This document shows positions 50,901 to 64,000 of a stretch of 64,000 bases of DNA, piece after piece. The DNA is taken from the NCBI GenBank assembly GCA_026914245.1, contig CP110439.1, positions 7,874,001 to 7,938,000 on the forward strand, given 5' to 3'. Below the pieces are notes generated by a model that made no database searches, was not told where the DNA came from, and worked only from the letters and a program-made list of their open reading frames with translations. How positions within the stretch are numbered: the first letter of the stretch is position 1; each line of letters starts with the position of its first letter. This DNA is from Puccinia triticina (Eukaryota). The position numbers and the translations under genes were made by a program.

Positions 50901-51336
50901 TAGAATATTTGGGCTTACTGATCTTGTGTAACCGAGTGCAAATGGACCCAGGGAAGGTCAAGGCGGTGTCCGACTGGCCGAACCCCACGAATACTACAGA
51001 GTTACAACGCTTCATTGGGTTCGCCAACTTTTACCAGAGATTCATCGACCATTTCTCTGGGACTACACGGCCATTGCATGACCTGACGAAGGACAACCAG
51101 CAATTTAGGTGGGATGCGCGGTTCCAGAAGGCCTTTGATACCCTGAAGACGGCATTCACAACGGCACCGGTGCTTAAGATAGCGGACCCGTACCGCCCAT
51201 TCATCCTGGAGTGCGACTGCTCCAATTTTGCTTTGGGAGCGGTATTGTCTCAGGTCTGCGAACGGGACGGGGAGCTTCACCCAGTAGCATTCCTGTCGAG
51301 GTCCCTGATCCAAGCCAAGCGGAATTACGAGATCTT
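47927..51336 (+). pseudogene. Gypsy gag, protease, RT and start of RNase H
   Basis: PDKFDG, FALSYLTGQASSWA, CFRCGEKGHLAREC, DSGAT, RPCFDYRKLN, KLDFRNAY, MPFG, YLNNIMIY (degenerate YLDD), ECDCSNFALGAVLSQ. Several stops and frameshifts. Confidence 0.92.
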
Positions 51337-54300
51337 TGTAATAATGGTAAATAGATTACTTTTTGAAACAGTTATAATTTAAGAACTCAATAAAAGTAAT
51401 ACACTTTTTGAATAAAGAAAAACAATTGTTAGAATCGGTTTTGTAGAAGGATAGATAACAATAATGAAAAAATACCTCAAAGATATGAATCACGCAAAAA
51501 GAAAAATCTTGATACAATAGCAACGACGACAATGTAAGACACAAGGATTATCACGACGAAACAGCCTAGCAAAACAATGTAACAATGTCAATATCTTAAT
51601 ACATGATGTTAAGGATAGATGAGGTAACTAAATAGACTACCTGCCCAGAAGCTGGATCTAGCTCCTCCTAGATGTCAGAGATCAACAATGGTTGAGATTG
51701 TACGTTTGATTTGGTTGATTAGGTTACGAAGAAGAATAACCTTCGAGTTTGATGATCGATTATCAATTGATGATTGTAGAGATTCGATTTTGAGAAGAAA
51801 GAAAGAAAAAGGGGAGAGAAGTGATGGTTGATCGGAAGAAAACCCAGTCCGAAGTCCAAGTCGATCGACAAAGCCTGAGCATCACATGCACCCCGGATTT
51901 ATGCATCACCACATGCATAACCTAAACCATCCATGTGCGAGTTTAAAACCGGACACTCCTCCTAAACACGCACATTGACTAAATGTAATTGTTTAAAAAC
52001 ACTTATTAACTTAATCTTCCCGAGAGGTTTAGTCAACACATCGGCAATCATGTCGACTGTCAAAACTTGATGAACCTTGAGAACCTTCATTAAAATCAGC
52101 TGTCGAACATATTGAAAGCAAATCTCAATATGCTTTGTGTTTGGATTAAGTTGAGCTTCCTTGCTTATAATGACCGCACCCGAATTATCGTTGAAAATTA
52201 TTGGAGGGTCAATGTCAATGTTCAGTGAAGTGATCAAGTTTGACATCCAACGAAGCTGCTTCGCACCCTTGTTAATTGCAATAAACTCAGCTTCCGTTGT
52301 TGATTGAGCCACCACAGACTGCTTTTTCGTTGTCCAAGAAATCGGATTTCCAAAAAATGTAATTATATAACCGGACATTGATTTCTTCGTCACCAAGGAA
52401 CTGCCGTAATCGGCGTCAGCCCAACCAGCTAAAGCATGCACTTCCAGATTCTTCTTGAATTGAATCCCGACATTGGCAGTTCCTTGAAGGTATCGAAGCA
52501 GATGCTTGATCATCAACCAGTGAGCCAAAGAAGGAGCCGAAGAAAATTGAGCAAGCACATTAACCGTGAAAGCAATGTCCGGTCTCGTATGAAGCGCCAA
52601 GTAATTCAACATCCCAATGGCCTTCTGCATTGTTTTCACATCAAATGGCGAGGATTCAGACGCAACGACCCTGTGAAAGTTTAATGGCGCCGGTGATTTG
52701 ACAGTTGTTGAGTTGGTCATGCCGAAATCGTCGATTATTTTGTGCGCAAAATCAGATTGATGAACAATTAGCGAACCGTCCGTACGCCAGTCAAGAGTAT
52801 AACCGAGATGTTGATTCGGACGTTCCTTGATTTTCTTGAGGTTCTTGAGAAAAAGCAGAACATCAGAGCGAGATTTTCCTACGATTAATCCGTCGTCGAC
52901 GTGCATGTGAAGCAGAATAGATTTATCCGCATTGTGAAACAACGCATCATCAAGCAGTGACGCCTCAAAACCGATGGACCGTAACGTAGAAACAAGATGG
53001 GCTTTCCACATCCGTGGAGCTTGTTTTGTACCGTAAAGAGATTTGTTCAATTTCCAAACCCAGCCTTTCTTTGCTGGATCCGGATCTTCAAATCCAAGAA
53101 CCTGCGAGACGTAAATGGAAGCGTCGATGTTGCCGTAAAGAAAAGCGGTCTCGACATCAAATTGAAAAACAAAATAGTCCCGATTGACGGCCAATGACAG
53201 CATCATTTTGAGTGATTCATTTCTCGCAACAGACGAGTAGGTTTCAAAGTAGTGCAACATGTGCTCCTGATGGTTGCCAAATACAACCCAACAAGCCTTA
53301 TGACGAGCGACCTCCTTAAATTCGTTGAGTTTTCTATTCAGAAGCCACATTCCGCCAATTGTTTTGTCGTCGGAAGGAGGCGGAACCAGAGTACCGGTGT
53401 TTTTCGACTGAAGAGAATGGAATTCGGAGGACATCACATTTTCCCACTCTAGAAGTGCCGACTTATCGTTCATTGCTTCATGGATAGATACCGATTGAGT
53501 TAGACTGAGCTCAGGAAACTCGGATTGCAAAGCAAAGCTCAGTTCAGGCAAGTATTTATTTACTCGACGAGAACCTTCCACAATGTTTGAAAGATCAATG
53601 TTGGAACTGATATTTTTCGGAGCGACCGCATTCTTAGGACCCCATTCATAAGTAAAGCGTTTTGTCGGCGGCTGTCGAGAAGAAGAAGGATCAGGATCAG
53701 TTTGACGCGTCGCAACTTCCAAAGACGGAGAAGGTGGAATGGGCGGAAGAACAGGTGGCAGAGAGGAGGACGTAGACGGGGTATCAGACGGATTAGACAA
53801 TGGTGGAGTAACAGGCACAGTCGGATCTGTGTGAATTTTGGTTTTGCGGTGAGAGCCGCTAGATACATCCACGGTTGTATAATTGTCCTTGAAATCCACA
53901 TCTGCACATGATGTGGGCAATGTTGCAGATAATTTCATCATGGCAGACTTGGAATTATACGGAAAGGAAAGAATGGAAGGGGTAAAGTCTTGACTGATAA
54001 CTGTTTGACGAGAAATTGGATCAAAGAAGCGAAGAGCATCTGATCTGGGCTCGTAACCGAGGAAGAAGAACGGCTTAGAAGGAGGGAGAACTTTGGAAGA
54101 AGGGGATTGACTATGGACATAAACTTTTAAACCAAAAGGCAGGAGTGTGTGAACGTGTCTTACTTGCTCAATTGAGGCGCGTTCTTCGACCAAAACTGAA
54201 TTCGGAGATTGCCAGTTGAGAGCCAAGGTTGGAAGCATATTGATTAACGTTGACGCAAATTTAGCCGCTTCGTCCCAATATTTCAGTGGAACAGCACATT

Positions 54301-56900
54301 GAGCCAGCATGCACCTCATCTTCACCAGAAGCGTCTGATTGAAGCGTTCGGCCAAGCCATTCGTTTGAGGAGAATTTGCTGGCCCTTGTTCAAGAGAAAT
54401 GCCCCGTTCAGAGAGAAATGCTCGAAAGACGATGGATCCAAACTCGCCACCGTGATCCGTGTGAAGAATTGAAGGTGTGACGTCCAAATTGTTCTTGATC
54501 TCATTCAGATAAGACATAATTTTTGATTCTGCCTCAGACTTCTTTTGCATTAAGTAAATACGGTTGAACCTTGAGAAGTCGTCAATCAACACCAATATAT
54601 AGCGAAAAGAATTTCGATAATTTGGTGAGACCTGCAACACGTCCATATGAATCATTAAGGAGCCGAAGCGGATGGAAGGGGATTTTTATGTGATGAATGC
54701 TTGATTTTAGCCATTCTACACACCTCACACATCGTTGATGAACCAGTTTTCTCATTTGGAGAAATCTTCATCAACTCGAGAAATTTCTTCAGATAAACAT
54801 CCGACGGATGTCCTAGGATGACGTGCCAATCTTTGAGAGCACCGTTTTCCGTGATCGAGAACAAAGATGTTGAGGTAGCAACACTCAAACCTGACGAGAC
54901 GTATAAATCGCCCACTCGTGGAAAACGTTTGATGATTGAAGAGCCCATGTAGATCAAAAAGAGCTTGTTTTTGTGCACACACCAAAAACCATGATCTTCC
55001 AGTTGAGAAACTGAAATCAGATTGCATTTTCCAGCTGGTGCAAGGTACACGGGAAAGATGTTATACTTTCCAAACCGCATTGAGCCAGTATGAGTGATTT
55101 CGACTGACCCAGAGTACGTACGCATAGTCTTTTTGATGGGTTGTAGATTTGATAGAAGTCGAACATCTGAGACTGTTGATTTTGAATCCCCGGTGTCAAG
55201 GACTAGACGAATTTCTTCACAATCGACAGAGCCTACATGAAAAGTGTTCTCATCTTCAACAAAGAATCCGGTATCTTCAGGATCGTCTACCAAGACTTCA
55301 GCAACCGCATCGGCTACATCATTCTCATAGGATTCCTCTAGTGAGTTCACACGTTGAGTACGAAGTTTCGTCAAAGATTCTATCAATTGGTTGAGTTCCT
55401 GATCGCTCATCTTTAATTTGGACAATGAAGATGAAGTGGAAGGTGAAATACGATTCTTTGTTGGAATGACGTTCCTGAACTTCTTTTCGACGGCCTTGAA
55501 TTTCTCCTTGTTCGGTCGCACAAAAGGTTTGGCAGACAAAGCATTGATCAAACCAGTCCTATCCGTTCGACTATCCTCGATGTTCATTCGAGTTGCTATT
55601 TTTTCAAACGTAAAGGGATTGACATCGAAAAGGTTTTGAATCAAGGGAGCCAATGAATCATCATGACGGAAACTCTTGAGGAAAAACATTACAGCCATAG
55701 CAGTATCGACTTGCATCTTCTTCGTTACCAATTGAGCGGACTTCAAAGAAGTGTACATAGATTGAAATTTACTAATGTGAGCAGCTATAGATGTACCGGG
55801 AATGTACTCGAGTTGAATGAGAGAATAAAGTTTGTCGCCAAGCTTGATTAATGAATTTTCACCGCAAGCGTCAGCCAAGTTGATCATTGCTTCTGCAAAA
55901 GATTTGGCAGCTTGTGCAATTGGACGTAAATCGGCAGAGATGCATGATTCGAGAAGAGTATAAGCGTTTGCGGTTTTCTTGCGAAATTTCTTCTCCTTCT
56001 TATTGGCTTCGCACCAAACTGGATCGAAAACCTCTTCATCACCACGCCCAACAACCAAGTTTTTGAAAGATTTCTTCCATTCTGGCCAGTTATCCCGACG
56101 AAGCTTGGTGATTTTAATCTTATCACTTCTATGATTGTTATCGCTGGATGAGGAATCATTGGCTCAAGGATTGTTAACCGGAAGGTCTGCCATCTTGTTC
56201 GTATTTATCTAGATGTGTCTTCTTATTTTGAGTTCTTTAACTGTTAAGTAAATGCTCTCGCTACCATGTAATAATGGTAAATAGATTACTTTTTGAAACA
56301 GTTATAATTTAAGAACTCAATAAAAGTAATACACTTTTTGAATAAAGAAAAACAATTGTTAGAATTGGTTTTGTAGAAGGATAGATAACAATAATGAAAA
56401 AATACCTCAAAGATATGAATCACGCAAAAAGAAAAATCTTGATACAATAGCAACGACGACAATGTAAGACACAAGGATTATCACGACGAAACAGCCTAGC
56501 AAAACAATGTAACAATGTCAATATCTTAATACATGATGTTAAGGATAGATGAGGTAACTAAATAGACTACCTGCCCAGAAGCTGGATCTAGCTCCTCCTA
56601 GATGTCAGAGATCAATGATGGTTGAGATTGTACGTTCGATTTGGTTGATTAGGTTACAAAGAAGAATAACCTTCGAGTTTGATGATCAATTATCAATTGA
56701 TGATTGTAGAGATTCGATTTTGAGAAGAAAGAAAGAAAAAGGGGAGAGAAGTTTATCGGCGAGAAGTGATGGTTGATCGGAAGAAAACCCAGTCCAAAGT
56801 CCGAGTCGATCGACAAAGCCTGAGCATCACATGCACCCCGGATTTATGCATCACCACATGCATAACCTAAACCATCCATGTGCGAGTTTAAAACCGGACA
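51337..56900 (-). mobile_element. Ty1/copia LTR retrotransposon nested in the gypsy RNase H
   Basis: LTRs at 51337-51955 and 56267-56900 (a few substitutions plus a 15-bp indel). TSD ATCTT. Minus-strand PBS TGGTAGCGAGAGC and PPT AGGAGGAG. Removing it restores gypsy [13 protein letters not shown]. Confidence 0.97.
51962..56193 (-). pseudogene. Copia gag-pol polyprotein, frameshifted near 54655 and 56060
   Basis: LDTGDS protease, WHVILGH..CEVC, integrase HTDHGGEF..NGLAER, RT KSLYGTKQAP..MHVDD, RNase H ADAD and ADVLTK. Confidence 0.92.
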
Positions 56901-58838
56901 ATCTTCGACAAAGAACTGCTCGCCATTGTCGCGTCTTTCAAAGAATGGCGACATTACCTAGAGGGAAACCCCAATAGGTTGGAAGCCATAGTTTATACCG
57001 ACCACCGCAATCTGGAAAGTTTTATGACGACTAAGAATTTGAAGCGCCGCCAGGCGCGATGGGCTGAGACCCTCGGTTGCTTTGACTTTCAGATCATGTT
57101 CCGACCGGGTCAACAGGCCGGAAAACCGGACGCGCTGTCACGACGCCCGGATCTGGCCCCAAGGCGTGAGGACCGGCTCAGTTTCGGGCAGCTGCTGCGA
57201 CCGGAGAACATCACGGCGCGGACATTCGCGGAGGTCGCGGAGGCGGCAGAAATCAACGAGTGGTTCCTCGACGAGTCAATAGACCTGGAAGACGCCGACC
57301 GATGGTTCCAAGTGGATGTGCTGGGGGTGCAAGAGGAACATACGGGCAAGGCAGTCGCAAAGACAGGGGAAGTCATCTCAGATACAGAATTGCTGAATCT
57401 AATTCGTAAAGCTACACCTAAGGACCCTAGACTGACGAGCCTGATAAGTGACTATGCGGAAGACGCGGGAAAACAGCACCGACGAGAGTACACGGTACAC
57501 GAGGGGCTGGTCTATTGACAGGGTCGGATAGAGGTGCCAGCCAATGACAGCATAAAGACGGCTATTCTTCAAGGCCGTCACGACAGCCGCCTAGCGGGAC
57601 ATCCCGGGAGAGCTAAAACCTTAGCGCTAGTCAGACGCTGCTTCTCATGGCCGTCAATGAAGAAATTCATCAATTGATACATTGACGGTTGCGACTCTGC
57701 CAGCAAGTGAAACCATTGCTCCAACGGCCTTTTGGAACGTTGGAGCCCCTCCCAATACCAGTGGGGCCCTGGACCGACATCTCTTATGATCTGATAACGG
57801 ATTTACCTGAATCCAACGGCGCGGATTGCATCCTGACGGTGGTGGACCAACTGACGAAAATGTCCCACTTCATTGCCTGCAATAAATCAACCAATGCGGA
57901 GGGACTAGCAGATCTAATGACGCGTCACGTCTGGAAGCTCCACGGGACGCCCAAGACAATCATATCAAACCGGGGGAGCGTGTTCATATCGCAAATCATG
58001 CAAGAACTGAGCAAGCGCATGGGAATTTGTCTGTGCCCGTCCACGGCCTATCACCAACGCACAGATGGCCAATCGGAAATCGTGAACAAGGCCATTGAAC
58101 AATACTTGCGGCATTTCATTGGGTACTGACAGGATGATTGGGAGCCCCTGCTAGCGACGGCTGAATTCGCGTACAATAACAGCAAACACCAATCCATAGG
58201 GATGTCGCCGTTTAAAGCCAACTACGGATTTGACCCTACCTTTGGCGACGTGCCAAACCCCGACCAGTGTTTGCCAATGGTGGAGGCGCGCATGAAGAAC
58301 CTAACGGAAACGCAAGATGAATTGAAGGCCAGCCTGAAAGCGGCGCAGGAATACATGAAGAAGCAAGACCCCGGAGTGGAAGGCCGGAGACGCGGTGTGG
58401 CTGGATAGTCGCCATATCTCGACAACAAGACCAAGCGCTAAACTGGCGCATAGATGGCTAGGACCTTTTTCCGTATCATCAAAAGTTTTGCCGTCTGTTT
58501 ATAAGCTAACCCATCCCACGTCCATGCGCGGTGTGCACCCCGCGTTCCATGTGTCAAAGCTTAGAAAACACAAAACAGACACAATACCGGGCTGGAATGC
58601 GGATGGACCAGGACCGGTGGTGATCGAGGGGGACGAGGAATGGGAGGCAGAGAAGATTTTAGACTGCAGGAAGAGAGGGAAACGGCGCGAATACCTGATT
58701 GGTTGGAAAGGTTACGGACCAGAAGAAAACTCTTGGGAACCGGAGTTCATTTGGTGCATTCAAGAGAACTACTCGAGGATTGCAACACAAAATTCCCGAT
58801 GGCGGCGGCGAGGCACAGGAGTTCCAGGAGGTTTAAAT
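56901..58838 (+). pseudogene. Gypsy RNase H end, integrase and chromodomain
   Basis: [54 protein letters not shown]; chromodomain EEWEAEKILDCR..EYLIGWKGYGPEENSWEP. Multiple stops. Confidence 0.92.
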
Positions 58839-59399
58839 GAAGGCTAAGCTTTTTTACCCAATGAGTTTTTTAATGCTGCCTGGGGACAAGAGCGCAGAGC
58901 CGGGGGCTTGGGCGTTAGGGGCAGAGTAGTGTTATGAGCTGCACCGCGCGCCATAGCCTACTCTGGGGGACATGTCACTCTTGTACATACATGTCACAGC
59001 TTCCTTCCATAAGGAGGAGCAGGGGAGAGATCCTCTCACTCTCCCCATCTAGCAATCTACATCATCCTAGGTCAAGTACTAGAGTCCGGTCCTTCTCTCC
59101 CATAGATCAGTCATAACAGCCGTGCACCCCTTATATCTCTGGGAAAAATTCTGAAAATTATCAGGTCATAAATTTGCACATGTGCCATGATACTGTGAAA
59201 TTTTTGGGGCTACTGGGGCACAGGAAGCGATATTACAGGTCCCTGCCGTGTTAAAATATGATTTTTTCATGTCAATTTTCTCTAGGCTCAAGGAGACCCC
59301 TAAATGACTGGATTATTTTTTAGGGGGATCATAAAAAGCCATTCTGTTGATTCATCAAAAAATATCTCAAAAAATATCTCAAGAAACGCAAGCCGTTTT

Positions 59400-59518
59400 T
59401 TCGGCGGAAAATGCAGTGCGCAAAGAGCCGTGGCAGAAGCGCGCACTGGGGGCTGGACGTCGAGACAACGACCCCCACAGTGCGCGAAGAGTTTTCCGCA
59501 GTGCGCGAAGTAAGTCCG
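59400..59518. repeat. Orphan right end of the CGGACTTACTTCGCG terminal-repeat family
   Basis: CAGTGCGCGAAGAGTTTTCCGCAGTGCGCGAAGTAAGTCCG ends at 59518; no matching left end found nearby. Confidence 0.75.
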
Positions 59519-60408
59519 TTTTAATATGCTCATGTGTGACAAGCAAGACCTTCAAGGTCTGAAATTGTGGGTCAAGATACAGAAATGTGGAGGATTCTCT
59601 CCCATTACATCACGTTTCACCAGGTTTCACCATTTGTTAGCCCGGCTTGGGCTCTAATTTGGACAATCTCTCATGATTGGGTGGTGTCGTCCTTTGATCT
59701 ACCCCTCTAAGTCTGGCGTCTGGCGATCAGTCTGTTGAAGTTAGTAGGGATTTGTTTGCTGTCAAGCTGTCCCTAGATTCCAGGGACAACGGTTGAGCGT
59801 TATGTAGGTCGTTGTGAGAGCCTGCAGGGCCCAGGCAAGCTGCAGCGGAGTTGCACCTGTTGACAAGAATGCATCTTGCTTCTGACACTGGCTCAGACTC
59901 TCAGTTATGGATCAAACCTGCATTGGTTTGAGCCTGTTTGAGCTTTGATGCTACAACAAGGACACTTTGAGTCTTTTGTCATCTACATATTGTCTTTTTC
60001 AAAAACCTTGGTCACTTTTTTGTTCTTTTGTTTTGGTAGATCCTTGCAGATCCCATATTTTTCTTATATACTTCTTGACAGGTGTCAGATGCGGCCCAAG
60101 GCTAAATCTCACCTCAGAGCCGTTGTCCTCCAGAAGCAAGTGAAGGAGTTGACTTCAGTAAAAAGCAAGTTCATATTTGGAACCAGAGCCAAAAGAATAC
60201 CCCTCCTGCCCCTCCTCATGGTGCTGGACAGCTGCCCTCAGCCTGAACGGAGGGGCCGACGGAGCCCGGGATCGTTACACCAGCTGCAAGGACAAGAGAG
60301 ATGTGGGATAATTGAGCCCAAAGTTAATCTTAAAACTGAAAATAAACCCATACAATGAAACAAAAAAGAAGAAAAAGTGACCAAGGTTTTTGCAAAAGAC
60401 AATAATTA

Positions 60409-61213
60409 GGCCCCAATTATAAACCGATTTTCGAGTTTTATTTTGAAAGTATTCAAAAAGAATTTCAAAACGAAAATGAAATCAAGATGAAAGATTTTTG
60501 ATTTCAAAATTCTCTCGGAAAAGCTTCAAACAACAGGGTGCACATATAAACATTTGTGCATCGCTGAGCAAGTAGCCTGCCGGAGTGGGCAGGCAGGGGC
60601 GAGATGTCTGTGACACAGGCAAGCTGGATAGAATACAGCTTGCCTGTTCAGCCTTGGCTGAATGGTGTGACATTTCCTGCGCGGCCGCCTCCATGGACAT
60701 TCAGATCATCAGCGCCAAGATCGAAGCCAAGCGTTTTTTCCCTTGCCTCCGCCGCCAAGGTCAGGATCATATTGCCCCTGGTGGTCCCGGGTTTTCTGGG
60801 GAATTTGGTTTGCCTGCAGGTGTTTGTAACGGTAGGCCATCGGGATTTTTGTAGTGACTGCGATCCAATCGTGGAACGTTGAGGCAATCGGGTATATCGG
60901 CACTGCAGCAGTAAATTTTTTTCATGTGCCGGCCGACCCCTGCCCGGCGAACTCCGCCGACCCAATGCAGCCATTAAATGGGGGGGGTCTGAGGCACCAG
61001 TGGCCTGGCGACCATACAGGCATACTGCCTGTTCAAAATTTTGATTCCTCAAATTTTGAGATTCTGGAATCTCGAACACCCCTCCTGGGTGTGTTTGAAG
61101 AGATTTGGGATTATTTTGAAATGAAAAGAACTCAAAACAAAGTTGGTTTTGATTTCAAAACGATTTCAAAATTATCTCAAAATAATCTCAAAATTCCGTT
61201 TATAATTGGGGCC
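60409..61213. mobile_element. PIF/Harbinger (Tourist-like) MITE
   Basis: TIR GGCCCCAATTATAAAC / GTTTATAATTGGGGCC with longer imperfect arms; TTA on both flanks. Confidence 0.85.
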
Positions 61214-61216
61214 TTA

Positions 61217-61607
61217 GGGGGGTTCACGTAAGGCTGATTTTGCAAATCAGCCACCAAAACCAGCAGATGCAGCTTTTGAAAATCCTGAGAAAGCAAAAAG
61301 GTTTGGCTGGGCAGCTCCCCTTTGGAAGCAATCTGCAAGGCATAAACCTTACTCACACGTGCATGAGCAGACGAAATCAGCATTGCTTTTTTTGCAACGT
61401 GAACCCCCCTATTAGGGGGGTTCACGTAAGGCTGATTTCGAAAATCAGCAACCAAAACCAGCAGATGCAGCTTTTGAAAATCGTGAGAAAGCGAAAAGGT
61501 TTGGCTGGGCAGCTCCCCTTTGGAAGCAATCTGCAAGGCATAAACCTTACTCACGGGTGCATGAGCAGACGAAATCAGCATTGCTTTTTTTGCAACGTGA
61601 ACCCCCC
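61217..61607. mobile_element. Two tandem 193-bp MITE copies (61217-61409, 61415-61607)
   Basis: Each has GGGGGGTTCACGT..ACGTGAACCCCCC ends; the copies are near-identical and separated by TATTA. Confidence 0.88.
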
Positions 61608-61851
61608 TATTGCCACTTCCCCAGTCTCGTTGGGAAAGTGGGGTTTCTATGTACATACTCAAATATCTACCACCGCGCTCATGCTTGTGAAGGAGTAAAT
61701 TTTATCCAAACCCGACACCGCTCTTCCCTGTCTCAGCTCTTTTGCACCATCTGGACCATAATCTCGACCCCTGGGCAAGATTATCATGATAACCCTCCAT
61801 GATTCGTCCGGTCGAAAGCCTTTTCACAAACTTCGCTTACTTCCTCATGGA

Positions 61852-64000
61852 ATGATCAGCTTCCTACTGTCGTGTATCGCTTTTTTGGATTTACCAACCA
61901 TCGTCCTTAGTCACGGAAGCCCGTCTAAGCTTTATACCCGGCAAGCGGTCGTTAGACCCAACGCGCTCCGGAACTTCGAGATTCGAGAGGTCGGTAGCAT
62001 TCTCATTTGATCCGCTACATAGCTCATGAGTCCCACGTCATCAGGTCAAGTCGAACACGAAACGCGAAGCGAGACTATGGTTGAGATCCAATCTAACTGA
62101 GCTCCTCGTTCTTGTGGTTGAGAATTCTAGCCACCCGTCGTTCCCCGAAGTAAAGCCTGCGAGCAGCTGCTTTTGACTCATGTAAGTTTCTCCTACTGCT
62201 CTGTTCGACTGTCACATTTCGAGGCTCAATCCAGACCTGTCAAAATTTCAAAATTTCATATGCAGACCTTTTCCAACTCGTATGGAAAGCCAGCACATGC
62301 AAATTATTTGCCCCCAGCAGACTGCGGACAACCCGGCGATTGGGCTTCAGTGATTTTCAACATGACAATAAGTGAAGTGCTGCACGTCTTGAATGCTCCA
62401 GCAATGTGTAATTGAAATGAATTGCCCTAATTCTTGTATTGATTGAACAGCTTCCGTTGGTAAGCAATATGACAGGCTTGGGGTGAGATTCTGCGCTTTC
62501 TACAATTGTTCTACGTCGAGGTTCAGCATCATTCTTTTCATTCCTTCGATTGTTGATCTCTGCCCTGATCTTATTCATTTAGCGGCTCTATTTCAATGAT
62601 ATAGAAAGTGAGTTCGACTTCGTTGAGACTTGTTTACCCAACACTGACTTTTTTCGATCGAATGGCGGTTTCACCCAGTTTGGAGAACATCAACAGGTAA
62701 ATGTAGAATTAACCTGCCTTCTCCATTCATATTCTTTGACGACTGATAGCGACTTGATGTATCTAGCCGAACCAACGGTGACTGGAGTCATTTGGACAGT
62801 GTCAGTTTGAAGTCTACTTGATTCCAAAAAAGGGTGTTGCAATCAATTGAAGTAAAATCAAACAAAACATTCAGCAATCGCGACGTCTCGAAGTACATCC
62901 CTCTGTTGTCTTATCCAGGTTCGCTGTCGTTGGACATTGGAAACATTGTGGACAAGTCAACCAACTTAACTGGAAGTTTTGAAGTCACACTGTCTGCCAA
63001 ATTCTACCCACCCACTCAGCAATTTCCGACAAGCAAGAAGGTAGACAAGATAATTAATATGGGTCGCGGGATTGGACACAATATGACGCATTTTTTGACC
63101 TTTCCACAGGTAAGATCAGACATCTTGCTGTAAATAAAGACCAGCTAGTGGAATAAAAGCAAGTTAATCGGATCATCTGTAAAACTCAGAACCTCGAAGC
63201 TGCATTCTTAGAGGTATTTGCAAGCGGTTCAGGCCAAGAGGAGGTAAGAAAAATGATTCATCTTAAGCTGAATTGACTGTGTCCGTGTATTTCGGGAAGA
63301 CTTATGCTTGATGTTTGAAACTCCAGTTTTGGGTAGGCATACTTTAGCATGTGCATACGCAAAACGATAGCTCACCATCATTACCTGGGATCTACAGTTT
63401 ACAAATGTACCAGATCAATACACGGGGAAAATCGATCCAGAACACACTGGGAATATTGTTACCGCCAAAGGTGCATTCCGAGAAGTTCAAGTCTGGATCG
63501 GTAAGTCAAAGCACAATGAAACACGTTCACTGGCGAGTAGTACTCAGCTGATAACACACTCTTGCTACTGTCAGATAACCGTCTTGCTGGGGTTGCATAT
63601 CCTTTCCCTGTCATATACACAGGTGGAATCCTAATGTCATGGTGGAGGTGGGTTGCTCATCAAATCAACCACCCGTGCATCTACCTGATTTTTGGAACTT
63701 CCTAGGCCGATAGCTGGAATTGGTGCCTTTGACGCGCCGACGTATATCATAGACATTTCGCCTTTTGTCCCATACCTCTCAGACTCCAATGCCCACAACT
63801 TTACTCTGGTCGTGGAGGGACAAGGTGAAAAACATTCAATAAACCCAGATTGGATCTTCAGTGGTTCCGTTTTTATGACTTTGGATCCCAGCGGCGCTCG
63901 AACTACCGGGGAGATGATTGCTTATTCTACGGATTCCAACACAACAGTCGAGCCATCAGCTGGAGCTTCCAAACTTTTATCCGACGTAGACCCATCTTGC
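61852..64000 (+). CDS. Peptide-N4-(N-acetyl-beta-glucosaminyl)asparagine amidase A (PNGase A)-like secreted protein, multi-exon, runs off the window
   Basis: Hydrophobic N-terminus MISFLLSCIAFLDLPTIVLS. Spliced motifs HTFSNSYGKP, GKQYDRLG, WRTSTAEPT, DVSKYIPLL, EVFASGSGQEE, FREVQVWIDNRLAGVAYPFPVIYTGG, WRPIAGIGAFDAPTYIID. Confidence 0.85.

Larger units (their letters stand above)
47589..59118 (+). mobile_element. Ty3/gypsy chromovirus LTR retrotransposon, disabled, interrupted by a copia element
   Basis: LTRs at about 47589-47774 and 58930-59118; order gag, PR, RT, RNase H, integrase, chromodomain. The 5' LTR lacks its terminal TGT and no TSD is evident. Confidence 0.95.

Overview
Eukaryotic, intron-rich, transposon-dense DNA. 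Gene and repeat content suggest a basidiomycete rust fungus (Puccinia-like); this is inference. Four host genes are visible: a multi-exon TRAPPC11-like gene (2.75-7.8 kb), a small C4HC3 RING protein with a probable signal peptide and C-terminal membrane anchor (9.06-9.95 kb), a secreted GH18 chitinase-like gene that has lost its whole catalytic motif (17.95-20.07 kb), and the 5' part of a secreted PNGase A-like gene (61.85 kb to the window end). Most of the rest is nested mobile elements whose ends and target-site duplications (TSDs) can be read directly: two Ty1/copia elements, a self-priming chromoviral Ty3/gypsy element, a DIRS/Ngaro-type RT-RNase H element with no recombinase ORF, and many MITEs. 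The two standout items are (1) an 11.1-kb IS3EU-like DNA transposon (124-bp TIRs, TAC..GTA ends, 6-bp TSD) carrying an apparently intact spliced alpha-kinase gene, and (2) a 355-bp miniature LTR element whose LTRs are built around a tRNA-Ala-like Pol III cassette. Exon structures were derived by eye and need RNA confirmation. No database searches were run.
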